DNA from: Candidatus Thorarchaeota archaeon SMTZ1-45
Lineage (GTDB): Archaea > Asgardarchaeota > Thorarchaeia > Thorarchaeales > Thorarchaeaceae
Reading direction: 5' to 3'
DNA length: 64,000 bases
Assembly (NCBI GenBank): GCA_001563335.1
Contig: LRSL01000086.1
Coordinates: 15,087 to 79,086, forward strand
Shown: one piece after another, positions 28,918 through 39,504 of the stretch
Layout of the letters: each line of letters starts with the position of its first letter
Position numbering within the stretch: position 1 is the stretch's first letter
Notes under the pieces: model-generated
What the model saw: only the letters and a program-made list of their open reading frames with translations
The model's database searches: none
What the model was told of the DNA's origin: nothing
Position numbers and translations under genes: made by a program

Positions 28918-29282
28918 CAACTAGAATACTTATCCCTACACATGACATGGAAGGTACTGAGATTGCGGACCACTTTGGAAGAGCACCCTATTTTGCAGTG
29001 ATTGATCTAGATGTGAAAGGAAACACAATTGAAATAAGAGTACACCCAAACACAGGCGAACATTCAGGCGGAAGAGGACATGCTCATAGCAACGTCCAGA
29101 AGTATCAACCTCAAGCTGTAATTGTGTATGGAATGGGACCTCGTGGAATCGTGAGTTTTCAATCTCAGAATATCGCAGTTCTTAAGGCAAACAGCAGGTT
29201 CGTTCATGAGATTGTTCAAGCTTATCAGCGAAACGAGTTAGAAGAACTAACCGAGGGCTGTGCAGAAGCCCACCACAGATAA
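28914..29282 (+). CDS. NifB/NifX-family protein
   Basis: HFGRAPYFAVI, GMGPRG. Confidence 0.88.
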   Translation: MTTRILIPTHDMEGTEIADHFGRAPYFAVIDLDVKGNTIEIRVHPNTGEHSGGRGHAHSNVQKYQPQAVIVYGMGPRGIVSFQSQNIAVLKANSRFVHEIVQAYQRNELEELTEGCAEAHHR

Positions 29283-30156
29283 ATTGGGACAAATGGATCA
29301 TGGGCGTGATTCATTGATTGTCACAATTGCATCAGGAAAGGGTGGTACTGGAAAGACCACGGTGGCAGTAAATCTTGCTCTTTCATTGAACCATACATAC
29401 TTGTTTGACTGTGATGTTGAGGAGCCTAATGTTCATACTCTACTTCATCCAAGAAATGTCACATCTGAAGAGGTGACTGTATTAACTCCTGAAGTAGATC
29501 ATAATCTGTGTACATTTTGTAGGAAATGTAGCGAATTCTGTCAGTTCAATGCGATTTTCGTTGGCAAGACCAATGTATTAGTATATGACAAGATATGTCA
29601 TTCATGTGGAGGTTGTGCTCTCATCTGTCCTGAAAGTGCAATAAGAGAGCGAGCACGGACTGTAGGATCCATCAAATCAAGTAAAGTAGATGATGTGAGT
29701 CTTGTTTACGGAGAGTTGAATATCGGAGAACCTATGGCGGTTCCAGTAATCAAAGCTGTCAAAGCGCACATTGTGAATAATGCAATCAATATCCTTGATG
29801 CACCTCCAGGAACATCATGTACCGTTATTGAAACAGTGCAAGAAAGCGACTATGTTGTGTTGGTGACTGAACCAACGCCATTTGGATTACACGACCTTAT
29901 GATGACCATTGATGTAGTTAATAGAATTGGTGTGCCATACGGTGTTGTAATCAATAGATCTACCATAGGGAACGATAATACAGCTAAGTTTCTGAAAGAA
30001 AAGAGAATTCCAATCCTCATGGAAATCCCTTTTGAGAAGCGTATAGCCAAACTCTATTCCAGAGGCATTCCATTCGTCAAGGAACTCACAGAATACCGTG
30101 AAAAGTTACAGGAGATGATGAAGTCTATTCAGGAGATTGTGAATAATGACAAATGA
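29260..30156 (+). CDS. MinD/ParA-type P-loop ATPase with inserted 2x[4Fe-4S] ferredoxin
   Basis: SGKGGTGKTT, DCDVEEPN, CTFCRKCSEFC, CHSCGGCALIC, DAPPGTSC, VTEPTPFGLHDL. Confidence 0.92.
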   Translation: MQKPTTDKLGQMDHGRDSLIVTIASGKGGTGKTTVAVNLALSLNHTYLFDCDVEEPNVHTLLHPRNVTSEEVTVLTPEVDHNLCTFCRKCSEFCQFNAIFVGKTNVLVYDKICHSCGGCALICPESAIRERARTVGSIKSSKVDDVSLVYGELNIGEPMAVPVIKAVKAHIVNNAINILDAPPGTSCTVIETVQESDYVVLVTEPTPFGLHDLMMTIDVVNRIGVPYGVVINRSTIGNDNTAKFLKEKRIPILMEIPFEKRIAKLYSRGIPFVKELTEYREKLQEMMKSIQEIVNNDK

Positions 30157-31018
30157 GGTGGCGGTTATCAGTGGGAAAGGTGGTACTGGAAAGACCACAA
30201 TAGCTGCTGCATTTGCTGCAATAGCAAGCAACATAGTGATGGCTGATTGCGATGTTGATGCACCTGATTTACACATCCTCCTGCAACCAAATATGGAAAA
30301 GACTGAGGAATTCATCAGCTCGAAAATCGCACTCATAGATGAAGGTTCATGCACATACTGTAACCTTTGCCAAACACATTGTCGTTTTGATGCAGTTGAT
30401 CCACCAGATATTAACTCAATATCATGTGAAGGGTGTGGAGTGTGTGAGTATATATGTCCGGAGAGAGCCATCATGATGCGTGACAAGGTTTCTGGTCATA
30501 TTCATGAATCATCGACCCACTTTGGACCCATGGTTCATGCGAAATTATTGCCAGGGGAGGGCAATTCAGGCAAGCTTGTAACTGAGGTGCGTAAACGTAG
30601 TGTAAAGTTTGCAGAAAGGCTTGGAAATGAGATGGTGTTGATTGATGGATCTCCTGGAATTGGGTGTCCGGTCATTGCTACAGTATCAGGACTGCAATTG
30701 GGAATTGTCGTCACTGAGCCAACATTATCAGGCATACATGATTTGAAGAGAGTATTAGACCTGATGAAACAATTATGGGTCAGACCAGCTATTATCATCA
30801 ACAAGTACGATATCAATCTTGATAATTCTAGAGTTATTGAGAGATTCTGTCTAGATAATAGTATTGAGATTCTTGGAAAATTACCCTTCGATACGATAAT
30901 GACTGAATCCATGATTGAAGGAATGACTCTTCCAGAATACTCTCCTAAACACAATCTCGTGAAATCCTTGCAAAGAATGTGGAAAAGGATTGAAAATATG
31001 ATGAGAATGAATCCCTAG
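30146..31018 (+). CDS. Paralogous MinD-type ATPase with ferredoxin domain
   Basis: SGKGGTGKTT, DCDVDAPDL, CEGCGVC, SGKLVT, DGSPGIGCPV. Confidence 0.92.
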   Translation: MTNEVAVISGKGGTGKTTIAAAFAAIASNIVMADCDVDAPDLHILLQPNMEKTEEFISSKIALIDEGSCTYCNLCQTHCRFDAVDPPDINSISCEGCGVCEYICPERAIMMRDKVSGHIHESSTHFGPMVHAKLLPGEGNSGKLVTEVRKRSVKFAERLGNEMVLIDGSPGIGCPVIATVSGLQLGIVVTEPTLSGIHDLKRVLDLMKQLWVRPAIIINKYDINLDNSRVIERFCLDNSIEILGKLPFDTIMTESMIEGMTLPEYSPKHNLVKSLQRMWKRIENMMRMNP

Positions 31019-31028
31019 TGTAGATGTT

Positions 31029-31445
31029 CTAAGGAGAGTCGTATCGTTTCCATCGCAACCTAGGAGAACCACAATTTGGACATGCATTTTGTTTGTCCTT
31101 CTCCATATCTAATCGATGGCCACAGTCGATACACTGAAGTCCCCCAGAACCATCTCCCAACACATAACGACCACCCTCAATTCGTAATACTTGGCCCTCC
31201 ACTATTCCCTGAGCAATCTTGTTGCGAGCTGATGCCAGTATTCTGTTAAATGTTGGTTGACTGATTTTCATTATTGTGCATGCTTCTCGTTGATTCATCC
31301 CTTCGTAATCAGCAAGACGGACAGCTTCAAACTCGTCAACAGTAAGAAGTATTTCGTCAAGATCTTTAGCTGGTATTCCAGCTGGCTTGTAGACGGAAAC
31401 TGTTGGTTCTCTATGGACAAATCGATGTCTTTTCCGACGAGGCAT
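31029..31445 (-). CDS. DUF134-family DNA-binding protein with Zn ribbon
   Basis: MPRRKRHR, DEFEAVRLAD, ISQPTFNRILASARNKIA, CIDC...CPNC. Confidence 0.9.
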   Translation of the reverse strand: MPRRKRHRFVHREPTVSVYKPAGIPAKDLDEILLTVDEFEAVRLADYEGMNQREACTIMKISQPTFNRILASARNKIAQGIVEGQVLRIEGGRYVLGDGSGGLQCIDCGHRLDMEKDKQNACPNCGSPRLRWKRYDSP

Positions 31446-31496
31446 GGTGCATTTATCGATTCAAGGCACCAAAAGGATTCCGGTCAATTCGCAAAT

Positions 31497-32243
31497 CTAT
31501 ATAGCCATGCCTCCATCCACCGATAGACAAGTGCCAGTACAGAACTCAGCAGTGGCTAAATACAGGATTCTCTCTGCAATCTCTTCAGGTCGACCAAAAC
31601 GTCTGAGCGGTTGGCGCTCAATGAACTCTCTTCTCGCAGCCTCTGAATCAGGGAATTTTGATAGTCGATCTTTTAGAGAAGGAGTATCAGTTGTGCCTGG
31701 ACAGATGCAATTGACGCGTATCCTATCATCCATGTAGTCAATAGCTATTGCACGGGTGAGAGAAATTAGTGCACCCTTTGATGCTGTGTAGGCGGCTCTA
31801 TCTTTTGCTCCCATCAAAGCGACTGCAGATGCCACATTGATAATAGTACCTTCTGTCTTTCTCAAATGAGGGATTGCAAATTTTGATAGAAGATAAACAC
31901 CTCGAACATTAACTGCCATTGTACGATCCCAGTCCTCTGGACTTGTATTGTCCACCTTACCTGGAACCACAACTCCTGCATTATTCACCAAGATGTCTAG
32001 TTGACCATATCTTTCAATGGTCTCAGACATAATCTACCGATCCATTTCGAGTTCAGACACATCGCCCTCGATGAATATGGACTCACTACCAAGTGACTGA
32101 ATCTTCCTAGTAACATTCAATCCAGAATCAGATATGTCTGCAACTACAACATTTGCACCATTTTGTGCAAACAAAATAGATGTTGCTTCATCTATACCTG
32201 CACCAGCTACTGTTATTATGGTGGTCTTGCCGCTTAACTTCAT
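31497..32243 (-). pseudogene. SDR oxidoreductase interrupted by an in-frame TAG
   Basis: ORFs 32034-32243 and 31497-32030 are in frame across TAG-ATT; degenerate Rossmann motif TVAGAGID; NNAG and YTASK intact. Confidence 0.75.
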
Positions 32244-32301
32244 CTATTACACCGCTCCACTAGACAACTCCTCGATTATGAAACTTCACCTATTATAGCG
32301 A

Positions 32302-33939
32302 TTGATTTGCTTTGCACTAAGCGAATCTTCATTAGAGAATTACATTGATTCCGACAACCAATGTCTAAGAAGGGAGATAATCAAGAAATTGACACAAGAG
32401 CCCAAACCTCCATTGACATCTGAAGAAACAGATAGGGCTCTTGCTAAAATGGTGAAGCAAGGAATCGCTGCTCAAGTCAAGACTACCTTTACTGAGAGTG
32501 TTTTCCTTGTTGGTTTTGCCCTTCTCTTGCAAGCTCCAAATATAGTGATTGGCATTTTAGCTGCAATTCCTTCTGTCACTCAGCTACTACAAATTCCATC
32601 AATATTTCTCTTGGAGAAATATAGAAACAGGCGACAATTGAATACCTACACGCAATTAGGTAATCGATTTGGAATCCTTCTCATGGCCTTGATACCATTC
32701 ATAGCTATTGGTGAGATTGGTTTACTACTCCTTATTGGAGCAATGTTCATCCAAAGCGTGTTTACAGCCATTGGCTCACCCAGTTGGAACTCTTGGATGC
32801 GGGATTTAGTACCTCCTGATCGTCTTGGCAGATTCTTTTCAACAAGAATGGCACTAACGGGACTTGTAGCAATAGTTGCTTCTCTCTCTGGAGGTTTCTT
32901 CATCAGCAACTGGTTGGCATATATTGACCCAAGCGACATGGTTGGTCAGCTCTCTACATACTCAGTACTTTTCTTCATTGCATTTCTTTTTGGAATGATG
33001 GCAATATATTATACAAGAACCACTCCTGAGCCTCCGATGCATTCCCGACATGAGGAACTCAGTTTTGCGCAATTACTAGCAGAGCCATTCCAAAATGAGA
33101 ATTACAGAAATCTGATGATTTTCTCTGCAGTGTGGAGTCTAAGTACCTCTTTCGCGAGCCCATTCTTCACAGTCTATCTACTTGATGTGAATATACTTGG
33201 ATTAGAGGTAGTATTTGTTGCAGGTCTCGTAGCTCTTACACAACTAACAAGCGTAATCTTTCTGAGATTATGGGGACGTCTTGCGGATCGATTCAGTAAC
33301 AAGTCAATCTTACAAGTAACATTACCTTTCTTCATCATTGGTACATTTCTTTGGACCTTCAGTTCAATTGCGAGGAATTATGGAGTACTGATTCCATTAA
33401 TCATTCTAATACACATTTTCAACGGGTTTTCAGCCGCCGGAGTTAATTTGAGCAGTAATAACATTGGTTTGAAATTAGCACCTCGTGGTGAGTCAGCAAC
33501 TTATCTTGCAGCAAGAGGATCAATAATCGCAGTGACTGGAGCTATTGCTCCTGTTATTGCAGGATTACTGGCTGACCTTTTTGCACATCACACAATAGAG
33601 TTCTCTCTTTCATGGCTTATTGATGGCGAGTTATTTACTCTCATTCCAGCCTATCGTTTGTCTGGTATTGACTTTCTATTCGTCATCTCTTCAATCATTG
33701 GGATATATGCAATACATCGGATTGCTCTCGTGAAGGAGGAAGGAGAGGTTGAGGAAAAGGTTGTCATTGATGCGTTGATTGCAGAAACTAGGAGAAATGT
33801 TAGGACTGTTTCAACAGTCGATGGCCTGCGACACACATTCGAGGCCCCACTGAAGGTCACGAGAAGAGGTAGAAGAAAAAAGAAACCAGCTGATATAGAA
33901 CCAATTCCTGATGACGATAGCCATGATGAGGGTCAATAG
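32302..33939 (+). CDS. MFS transporter
   Basis: Multiple TMs, WMRDLVP...GRFF, WGRLADRFSNK. Confidence 0.88.
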   Translation: MICFALSESSLENYIDSDNQCLRREIIKKLTQEPKPPLTSEETDRALAKMVKQGIAAQVKTTFTESVFLVGFALLLQAPNIVIGILAAIPSVTQLLQIPSIFLLEKYRNRRQLNTYTQLGNRFGILLMALIPFIAIGEIGLLLLIGAMFIQSVFTAIGSPSWNSWMRDLVPPDRLGRFFSTRMALTGLVAIVASLSGGFFISNWLAYIDPSDMVGQLSTYSVLFFIAFLFGMMAIYYTRTTPEPPMHSRHEELSFAQLLAEPFQNENYRNLMIFSAVWSLSTSFASPFFTVYLLDVNILGLEVVFVAGLVALTQLTSVIFLRLWGRLADRFSNKSILQVTLPFFIIGTFLWTFSSIARNYGVLIPLIILIHIFNGFSAAGVNLSSNNIGLKLAPRGESATYLAARGSIIAVTGAIAPVIAGLLADLFAHHTIEFSLSWLIDGELFTLIPAYRLSGIDFLFVISSIIGIYAIHRIALVKEEGEVEEKVVIDALIAETRRNVRTVSTVDGLRHTFEAPLKVTRRGRRKKKPADIEPIPDDDSHDEGQ

Positions 33940-34055
33940 CCATTCTCCAAATCGTTCATTCGGTAAATACGTTTATATTCTTCCAAATGTAAATAGTATA
34001 CAATTGTATTCTCTTTGTATACAATCTGTAATTAGTACATAGAGGATGTAGAAAA

Positions 34056-34175
34056 ATGGCTGTAGCGAAACAACCTAAGCAGGAATCAACCGTGATTGCT
34101 TCAAGCAATAGGGTGTCAGAATACAAGAAAGTTGTTGAGGACATGCGGATTATAGCAAAACACTATGGAAGATAA
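34056..34175 (+). CDS. Putative 39-aa micropeptide MAVAKQPKQESTVIASSNRVSEYKKVVEDMRIIAKHYGR
   Basis: GAGGA SD upstream; own promoter region with TTGTATACAA palindrome; not in the ORF track. Confidence 0.5.
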   Translation: MAVAKQPKQESTVIASSNRVSEYKKVVEDMRIIAKHYGR

Positions 34176-34193
34176 TTGTAGTTAAACTCCAGT

Positions 34194-35327
34194 CTACAAG
34201 ACAAGTTTAGCCAAGATTGATTCGACCGACTCAATCTTAATTTTAGAGTCTATGCTTGCGGCGCCATCACGTAGATTTCTAAGGCAAAAAGGACAAGCTG
34301 TAGCAAGAATTGATGCTTCGGTTGCTTTGGCTTCTTGAACCCGATTTGCAGCAATTGCTATTGAGTCCTCAACCTTTCCAGCACGGAAACCACCTCCAGC
34401 TCCACAGCATTTAGCAAACTTTCGATTCCACTCCATTTCGACAAGTCTAACTCCAGGTATAGATGAGAGCACCTGTCGAGGTGCGTCATAAAGCCCTGAG
34501 TGTCTACCGAGATGACAAGGATCATGGTACGTTATAGTAGCATTGAGAGGACTAATCTTGAGCCTCTTCTGTTTGATTAGTTCTTGTAATAACTCAATAG
34601 TATGTGTAGTCTTGAACCTTGATTCATCATTCATTAAAAGCTTGAAGTCGTTAGAGAACATTCTATAGCAACCAGCACATGAAACCAGAATTTTGTCTGA
34701 CTGCATACTCTCAAAGAGTGTGGTAATCCTCTTCGCTTGTTCAAAAGCTTGAAATTCATCGCCCACACGATATGCAGGAGAGCCACAGCATATCTGTTCA
34801 TTTGGGATTCTGAAACTTACTCCTGCAGCTCTTAGGATTTTGAGTAAGGAGTCTATTTCTTCACTTTCTCTGTATATCTGGGTACATCCAAGAAACAAAG
34901 TATAATCTGCTGAACTTAGCTTAGATTCAGATAGAGATTGTAAGACCGTATCGCCCTCAGCTGAATTAGCTGAATAGGGATTGCCACTTTCACGGGTGCT
35001 CGTGCTGATTTTTCTGTAACCTTCAGGAGGAGCGACTCCCTGCTTACAGAGAACTGCTTTCATCTCATGGATGGCTTCACTCTGATTATACCCACAAGCC
35101 ACATCACAGAGACCGCAACTTGTGCACGCAAAAACTCGTTCAGCTATGGTTTCATCTAGTTGGAGTCTTCCCCTGAGTAAATGGTAAAGAATAGTCATCT
35201 TTCCCTTTGCTGCATAACTGTCTAATTGCATTTGGCTGTAGGCAGGGCAGTTTTCACGACAGAATCCACAACGTACATGCATACAAGCACGCGCCCAGTC
35301 CTCATATTTTTCGAGCCGGTCTATCAT
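34194..35327 (-). CDS. Fe-S oxidoreductase (GlcF/HdrD-like, CCG domains)
   Basis: CGFCRENCP, CTSCGLC, CCGS, YHDPCHLGR, CCGAGGG, TACPFC. Confidence 0.9.
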   Translation of the reverse strand: MIDRLEKYEDWARACMHVRCGFCRENCPAYSQMQLDSYAAKGKMTILYHLLRGRLQLDETIAERVFACTSCGLCDVACGYNQSEAIHEMKAVLCKQGVAPPEGYRKISTSTRESGNPYSANSAEGDTVLQSLSESKLSSADYTLFLGCTQIYRESEEIDSLLKILRAAGVSFRIPNEQICCGSPAYRVGDEFQAFEQAKRITTLFESMQSDKILVSCAGCYRMFSNDFKLLMNDESRFKTTHTIELLQELIKQKRLKISPLNATITYHDPCHLGRHSGLYDAPRQVLSSIPGVRLVEMEWNRKFAKCCGAGGGFRAGKVEDSIAIAANRVQEAKATEASILATACPFCLRNLRDGAASIDSKIKIESVESILAKLVL

Positions 35328-36766
35328 TAACTAAACCCCCTGTTTCCCCGATTCAAAATGTTCTTTGGATCTAATAATGATTTCAGGTCCTTGAGAAGGT
35401 TCCAAGCAGAACCCAATTGGTCTTGAACCCAAGGTGAAGAACGTAATCCTAGTCCATTGGCATTTGAAAGACTGCCACCCATCTCTAGAGCTCGGCGATA
35501 CATTCGCTCTTTAAACTGGAACCACTTGTCAATCTCACTCTTTCTTCGAGTATCAACTGGTACGCTGAAATAAATGCAGAATGGAATAGGTCCTCTAGGA
35601 CCACCAACAACAAACGCTCCAAAATCAATATCGACCCACCCAAACTCTCTTTTCAATTCATCACAAAAGTCGCTGAATTCTTGGAACTTACTGAGTGGTA
35701 CACAGGCATCAACCAAATCAGGCTCATATTCAGTATGTGATAGGGCAAAATTACTCTGATCAAAGGTGTCTTTTCCAATGTTGATAGAGTTCCACCATGA
35801 CTGGGTAAGGTCTGAGGGTAGTCTATTTCCACCCTGTTTCTCAGAACATTTTGTTATGACCTTGAGTGTTGTATCCACCATTTCAGCACTACCAGACGCT
35901 CCAAATAGAACAGCCATTGAAATTTTATCAGGAATTGGTGTTTTTGCTCGCTCCATATATTGAACAAGAGACCTTCGATCAAACATAAAGACTGTTTCAG
36001 GCCAACATCCAGATGCATGAGCACTTTTGCAAGCCTCAATGGCTGTGGTTATATTAGAAAACCCGAAGCTTACCCGGTCCCGCATGGGAGGTTTGGGATA
36101 TACTTTGAGTGTGGCTTCAGTGATGATACCAAAAGTACCTTCTGCACCAAGAAAGAGATTCAGGAGATTATGGGTTGGTAATGAGAGATAACTCTTACCT
36201 CCAATCCTGATTCTTTGGCCATCACTCATAATCACTTCCAATGCAAGAACCTGGTCGTACACATAACCGTACTTCGCGCCATAGATGCTGATACCCATAC
36301 AGCTCAATGCTCCACCAATTGTTGAAGAGAGGCTACTCTCAGGATGGTGGGCAAAAAACACCCCTTTGTCTAGAGCTGCATTGTAAATTGCTTCAATGGT
36401 TGTACCTGCTTGAGCTGTGATGGTCAGGTTGTCAGTATCAACCTCTAGAACTCTATTTAGTCGCTTCATATCAAGTACAATTCCATGCGCGACAGCCAGT
36501 GGATTACCAGACATACTAGTTCCCCCACCCCAAGTATAGATTGGCACATTCATTTGATTGGCGATTTTTACTACCTCAACAACTTCATCTGAAGTTCCTG
36601 GTTTGACAATGATGTCAGGTGTGTAATCGTCCGCAATTCCTTCAATTGAATAATCTTTGGAATAGACCAATCTATCACATAACTCGCTACTTACATGTCT
36701 GTCGCCAGCTATCTCTATTAGCATCTTCTCAACAAGTGACAAATCTGTCATGAGTATCAATTCCAT
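35327..36766 (-). CDS. FAD-binding oxidoreductase (GlcD/D-lactate dehydrogenase family)
   Basis: GGGTSMSG, STIGG, GAEGTFGIITEATL, LDPKNILN; the usual C-terminal HG.G is NG.G here. Confidence 0.9.
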   Translation of the reverse strand: MELILMTDLSLVEKMLIEIAGDRHVSSELCDRLVYSKDYSIEGIADDYTPDIIVKPGTSDEVVEVVKIANQMNVPIYTWGGGTSMSGNPLAVAHGIVLDMKRLNRVLEVDTDNLTITAQAGTTIEAIYNAALDKGVFFAHHPESSLSSTIGGALSCMGISIYGAKYGYVYDQVLALEVIMSDGQRIRIGGKSYLSLPTHNLLNLFLGAEGTFGIITEATLKVYPKPPMRDRVSFGFSNITTAIEACKSAHASGCWPETVFMFDRRSLVQYMERAKTPIPDKISMAVLFGASGSAEMVDTTLKVITKCSEKQGGNRLPSDLTQSWWNSINIGKDTFDQSNFALSHTEYEPDLVDACVPLSKFQEFSDFCDELKREFGWVDIDFGAFVVGGPRGPIPFCIYFSVPVDTRRKSEIDKWFQFKERMYRRALEMGGSLSNANGLGLRSSPWVQDQLGSAWNLLKDLKSLLDPKNILNRGNRGFS

Positions 36767-36961
36767 CGGTGGATGTCATTTCAGGAAGAGAGGGTGAATA
36801 ATATCTCTACTGTAGGGACCATTATGTATGACTTATTGTATTTCAGCGTATAAATGACTGTGAAAACACATTTTATAGGACGAGTACATAGCTGAAATAT
36901 CACTATAAGTGGTGTAACAATTGGTTTGTAGTGACCCCACCTCGGAATTGGAGAGGATAGT

Positions 36962-38020
36962 ATGGCAGCATCTCGCCGTTGGCAATTCAAGATCTGTCTA
37001 ATTGGAGATGGCTATGTCGGGAAGACAAGTATTCGTCGAAAGTACCTAGGACAGGGATTCAGGTCGAACTATATTCCATCATTGGGTGTTGATTTTGCAC
37101 AAAAGACAGTAACGTACAATGGGGATGATGTTCGTTTGGTAATCTGGGACATAGCTGGGCAACCACAATTCCAGAGCCTACGAAAGCGCTACTACGAGGG
37201 GTGTAGTGGTCTGATACTTGCTTATTCTGTGGTGGATAGAGAGTCATTCGATAATGCTTCCAAATGGTTGGTCGAGGCGAAGGGATTTATGGAGGATTTT
37301 CCTGCTTTGATTATAGTAGGGAACAAAATCGATCTTCGGTCATATCATCCAAAAGAGAACATAATAACTTATGAAGAAGGTCTTGAGTTCACCAAGAAGT
37401 TCAGTGAACGACTAAACACTCCTGCCATCTTTATCGAAACCTCAGCATTGACGGGGGAGAATATCGATAGGGCGTTTGACAAACTGACTAGGCTAATGAT
37501 TAATCCAGAGGATTATCAGACAATTACTACGATGCATGAAGTACGTGTGGGGACCGCTGAGCAAAGCCAACCCTCTGCGTCTAGTTCTTTAACGCCTACT
37601 ATTTCAAGCAGTCAACCTGTTATAGAAATGCCATCTGTTGAAGAGTCAGTAATAGCTCAAGAGGATGAGGTTGCACTAACCATGACCCATTTGATCGAGC
37701 TCCGCGGAAAGCTGAAGAAGGCTGAAGAAGAGTTCCGTGATTACTCGTTGGAAGTCGAAACCAAGCTTCTTACACTCAGGAACACTGTTCATGTAAAGAA
37801 AATAATGTACGAGCATCTAAGAGAACAGCTAACTCAAACTAGGCAGGAGTGGGCAGATGCCTATGACCAGCATGTTAAGTTGGACCAAGAGAAGAAACAG
37901 GAAATAGAGAAACGATTGGCTCATATTGCTAAGATTAGAGACCAAATCGATGAGATTGAAACATCAATCAAGAAACAAGTAAGCAAACTGGATTTAGGTA
38001 AAAGTATGGACCAATTATAG
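36962..38020 (+). CDS. Rab/Ras-like small GTPase with C-terminal coiled coil
   Basis: G1 GDGYVGKTS, WDIAGQ, NKID, ETSA; S/P-rich linker then long heptad region. Confidence 0.92.
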   Translation: MAASRRWQFKICLIGDGYVGKTSIRRKYLGQGFRSNYIPSLGVDFAQKTVTYNGDDVRLVIWDIAGQPQFQSLRKRYYEGCSGLILAYSVVDRESFDNASKWLVEAKGFMEDFPALIIVGNKIDLRSYHPKENIITYEEGLEFTKKFSERLNTPAIFIETSALTGENIDRAFDKLTRLMINPEDYQTITTMHEVRVGTAEQSQPSASSSLTPTISSSQPVIEMPSVEESVIAQEDEVALTMTHLIELRGKLKKAEEEFRDYSLEVETKLLTLRNTVHVKKIMYEHLREQLTQTRQEWADAYDQHVKLDQEKKQEIEKRLAHIAKIRDQIDEIETSIKKQVSKLDLGKSMDQL

Positions 38021-38118
38021 TAATTTTTGAATTTCCATGAAGCACAGGTGTATGGTTTAAACTGAAAGTACTTTAACCAGAAGACAATGGTTCACGTTAT
38101 CAAGGACCGTTACTATTC

Positions 38119-39420
38119 TTGTCAGAGAAGCATCACGAACTAATCGATCAGAAAGTTCGAAATTCAAATCACGAGGGAAATGTCCTCACTGTGCTTAATC
38201 TCTCTCTAGTGACATTCCTAGTTCTCCTTGGTCTAAGCATGGTTGCTCCAATTCTACCAACCTATGCAGAGAGTTTTCAAGTATCATACACCCTCGTAGG
38301 TTTCGTAGTTTCATCCTTTGCTGTAACACGAATGGTTCTCGACATGCCTGCAGGACTACTCTCAAGAAGATTCGACAAGAAGAAAATAATGATTTCAGGA
38401 TTGGTACTCATTTCAACTTCATCAATACTTGCTGGTTTTGCCCCCAACTATGGCACACTTGTAATCGCGCGTATGATAGAAGGCGCAGGCTCAGCGCTAT
38501 ACGTCACTACAGCCACAGTGTTCCTAGCTCAAATATCAGGAGAGGAGAAAAGGGGGCAGTGGATGAGTTTGTATATGGGCATGTTGCTTCTCGGAGCAAT
38601 CTTTGGACCAACATTTGGAGGGGTTCTTGCAGACACTTACGATATTCGAGCCCCCTTCTTTGCTTATGCAATAATTACAGGCCTTGGTGTGTTTCCAACA
38701 ATAACGCTGCCAAAACTAGCTAATTCTGGGAATGCATCTTCATCTCTTAAGAGAGGCGAGATCCTAAGAGACATGAGAGAAGTTCTATCCACACCTTCAT
38801 TTCTTCTAGTGACCTTTGCAGTCTTCACAACATTCTTTCTACGTACAGGAGTACGAACTACACTAGTACCGCTATTTGCCGCTAATAATCTGGGTCTTGA
38901 TTCGGGTGCCATCGGTCTAGTACTTACGATTGGGGGGATAACGACTGCAATTACAATCACGCCCATGGGAAGTGTTTCAGACAGAATTGGGAGAAAGATT
39001 CCTCTAGCATTATGTCTCGTTTTGACTGCAGCTATCACTCTGGTGATTCCATTTTCTACGGATTTGCTAACATTATCAATTTCCCTAGGAATATATGGAG
39101 CCGTAATTGGTTTCTCAGGACCCAGCGCGGCTTATGTGACTGATTTATCACCACCGGATAAACTAGAAATATCCATGGGACTCTATCGCATGATCAGTGA
39201 TTTCGGATTCGTTGTTGGACCGCTTCTGCTTGGTTTCATAGCTGACTTGACAGCTACACCAGTGGGTGGGGAGCCTCATTCTGGACTCATTGGCATGTTT
39301 CCCTTCTTGATAGCCTCAATTATTCTCATAGTTGCCTTCTTTGTACTTTTACGAGCTGATGATCCAGCAAGAGATAGAAGACAAAATGCCGTACTAAAGA
39401 GTGACTTACAACTCATTTGA
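38119..39420 (+). CDS. MFS transporter (DHA1-like)
   Basis: ARMIEGAG, GPTFGG, GSVSDRIGRK. Confidence 0.9.
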   Translation: MSEKHHELIDQKVRNSNHEGNVLTVLNLSLVTFLVLLGLSMVAPILPTYAESFQVSYTLVGFVVSSFAVTRMVLDMPAGLLSRRFDKKKIMISGLVLISTSSILAGFAPNYGTLVIARMIEGAGSALYVTTATVFLAQISGEEKRGQWMSLYMGMLLLGAIFGPTFGGVLADTYDIRAPFFAYAIITGLGVFPTITLPKLANSGNASSSLKRGEILRDMREVLSTPSFLLVTFAVFTTFFLRTGVRTTLVPLFAANNLGLDSGAIGLVLTIGGITTAITITPMGSVSDRIGRKIPLALCLVLTAAITLVIPFSTDLLTLSISLGIYGAVIGFSGPSAAYVTDLSPPDKLEISMGLYRMISDFGFVVGPLLLGFIADLTATPVGGEPHSGLIGMFPFLIASIILIVAFFVLLRADDPARDRRQNAVLKSDLQLI

Positions 39421-39504
39421 ACAGATCAATTTCTATAATTAATTGGATTTATCTCAGTTGATAGTGATTCTACTTAGAACTATCCTCTTTTATACACGCG
39501 AGCT

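Noticed and set aside
28435-31018. Nitrogen fixation cluster suggested by NifB/NifX domains
   Set aside because: No nifH, nifD or nifK; this domain set is widespread in non-diazotrophic anaerobes.
31497-32243. Pyrrolysine readthrough of the in-frame TAG in the SDR gene
   Set aside because: The NAD-binding glycine motif is also degenerate (TVAGAGID), which favours pseudogenisation; no pyl genes are in the window.
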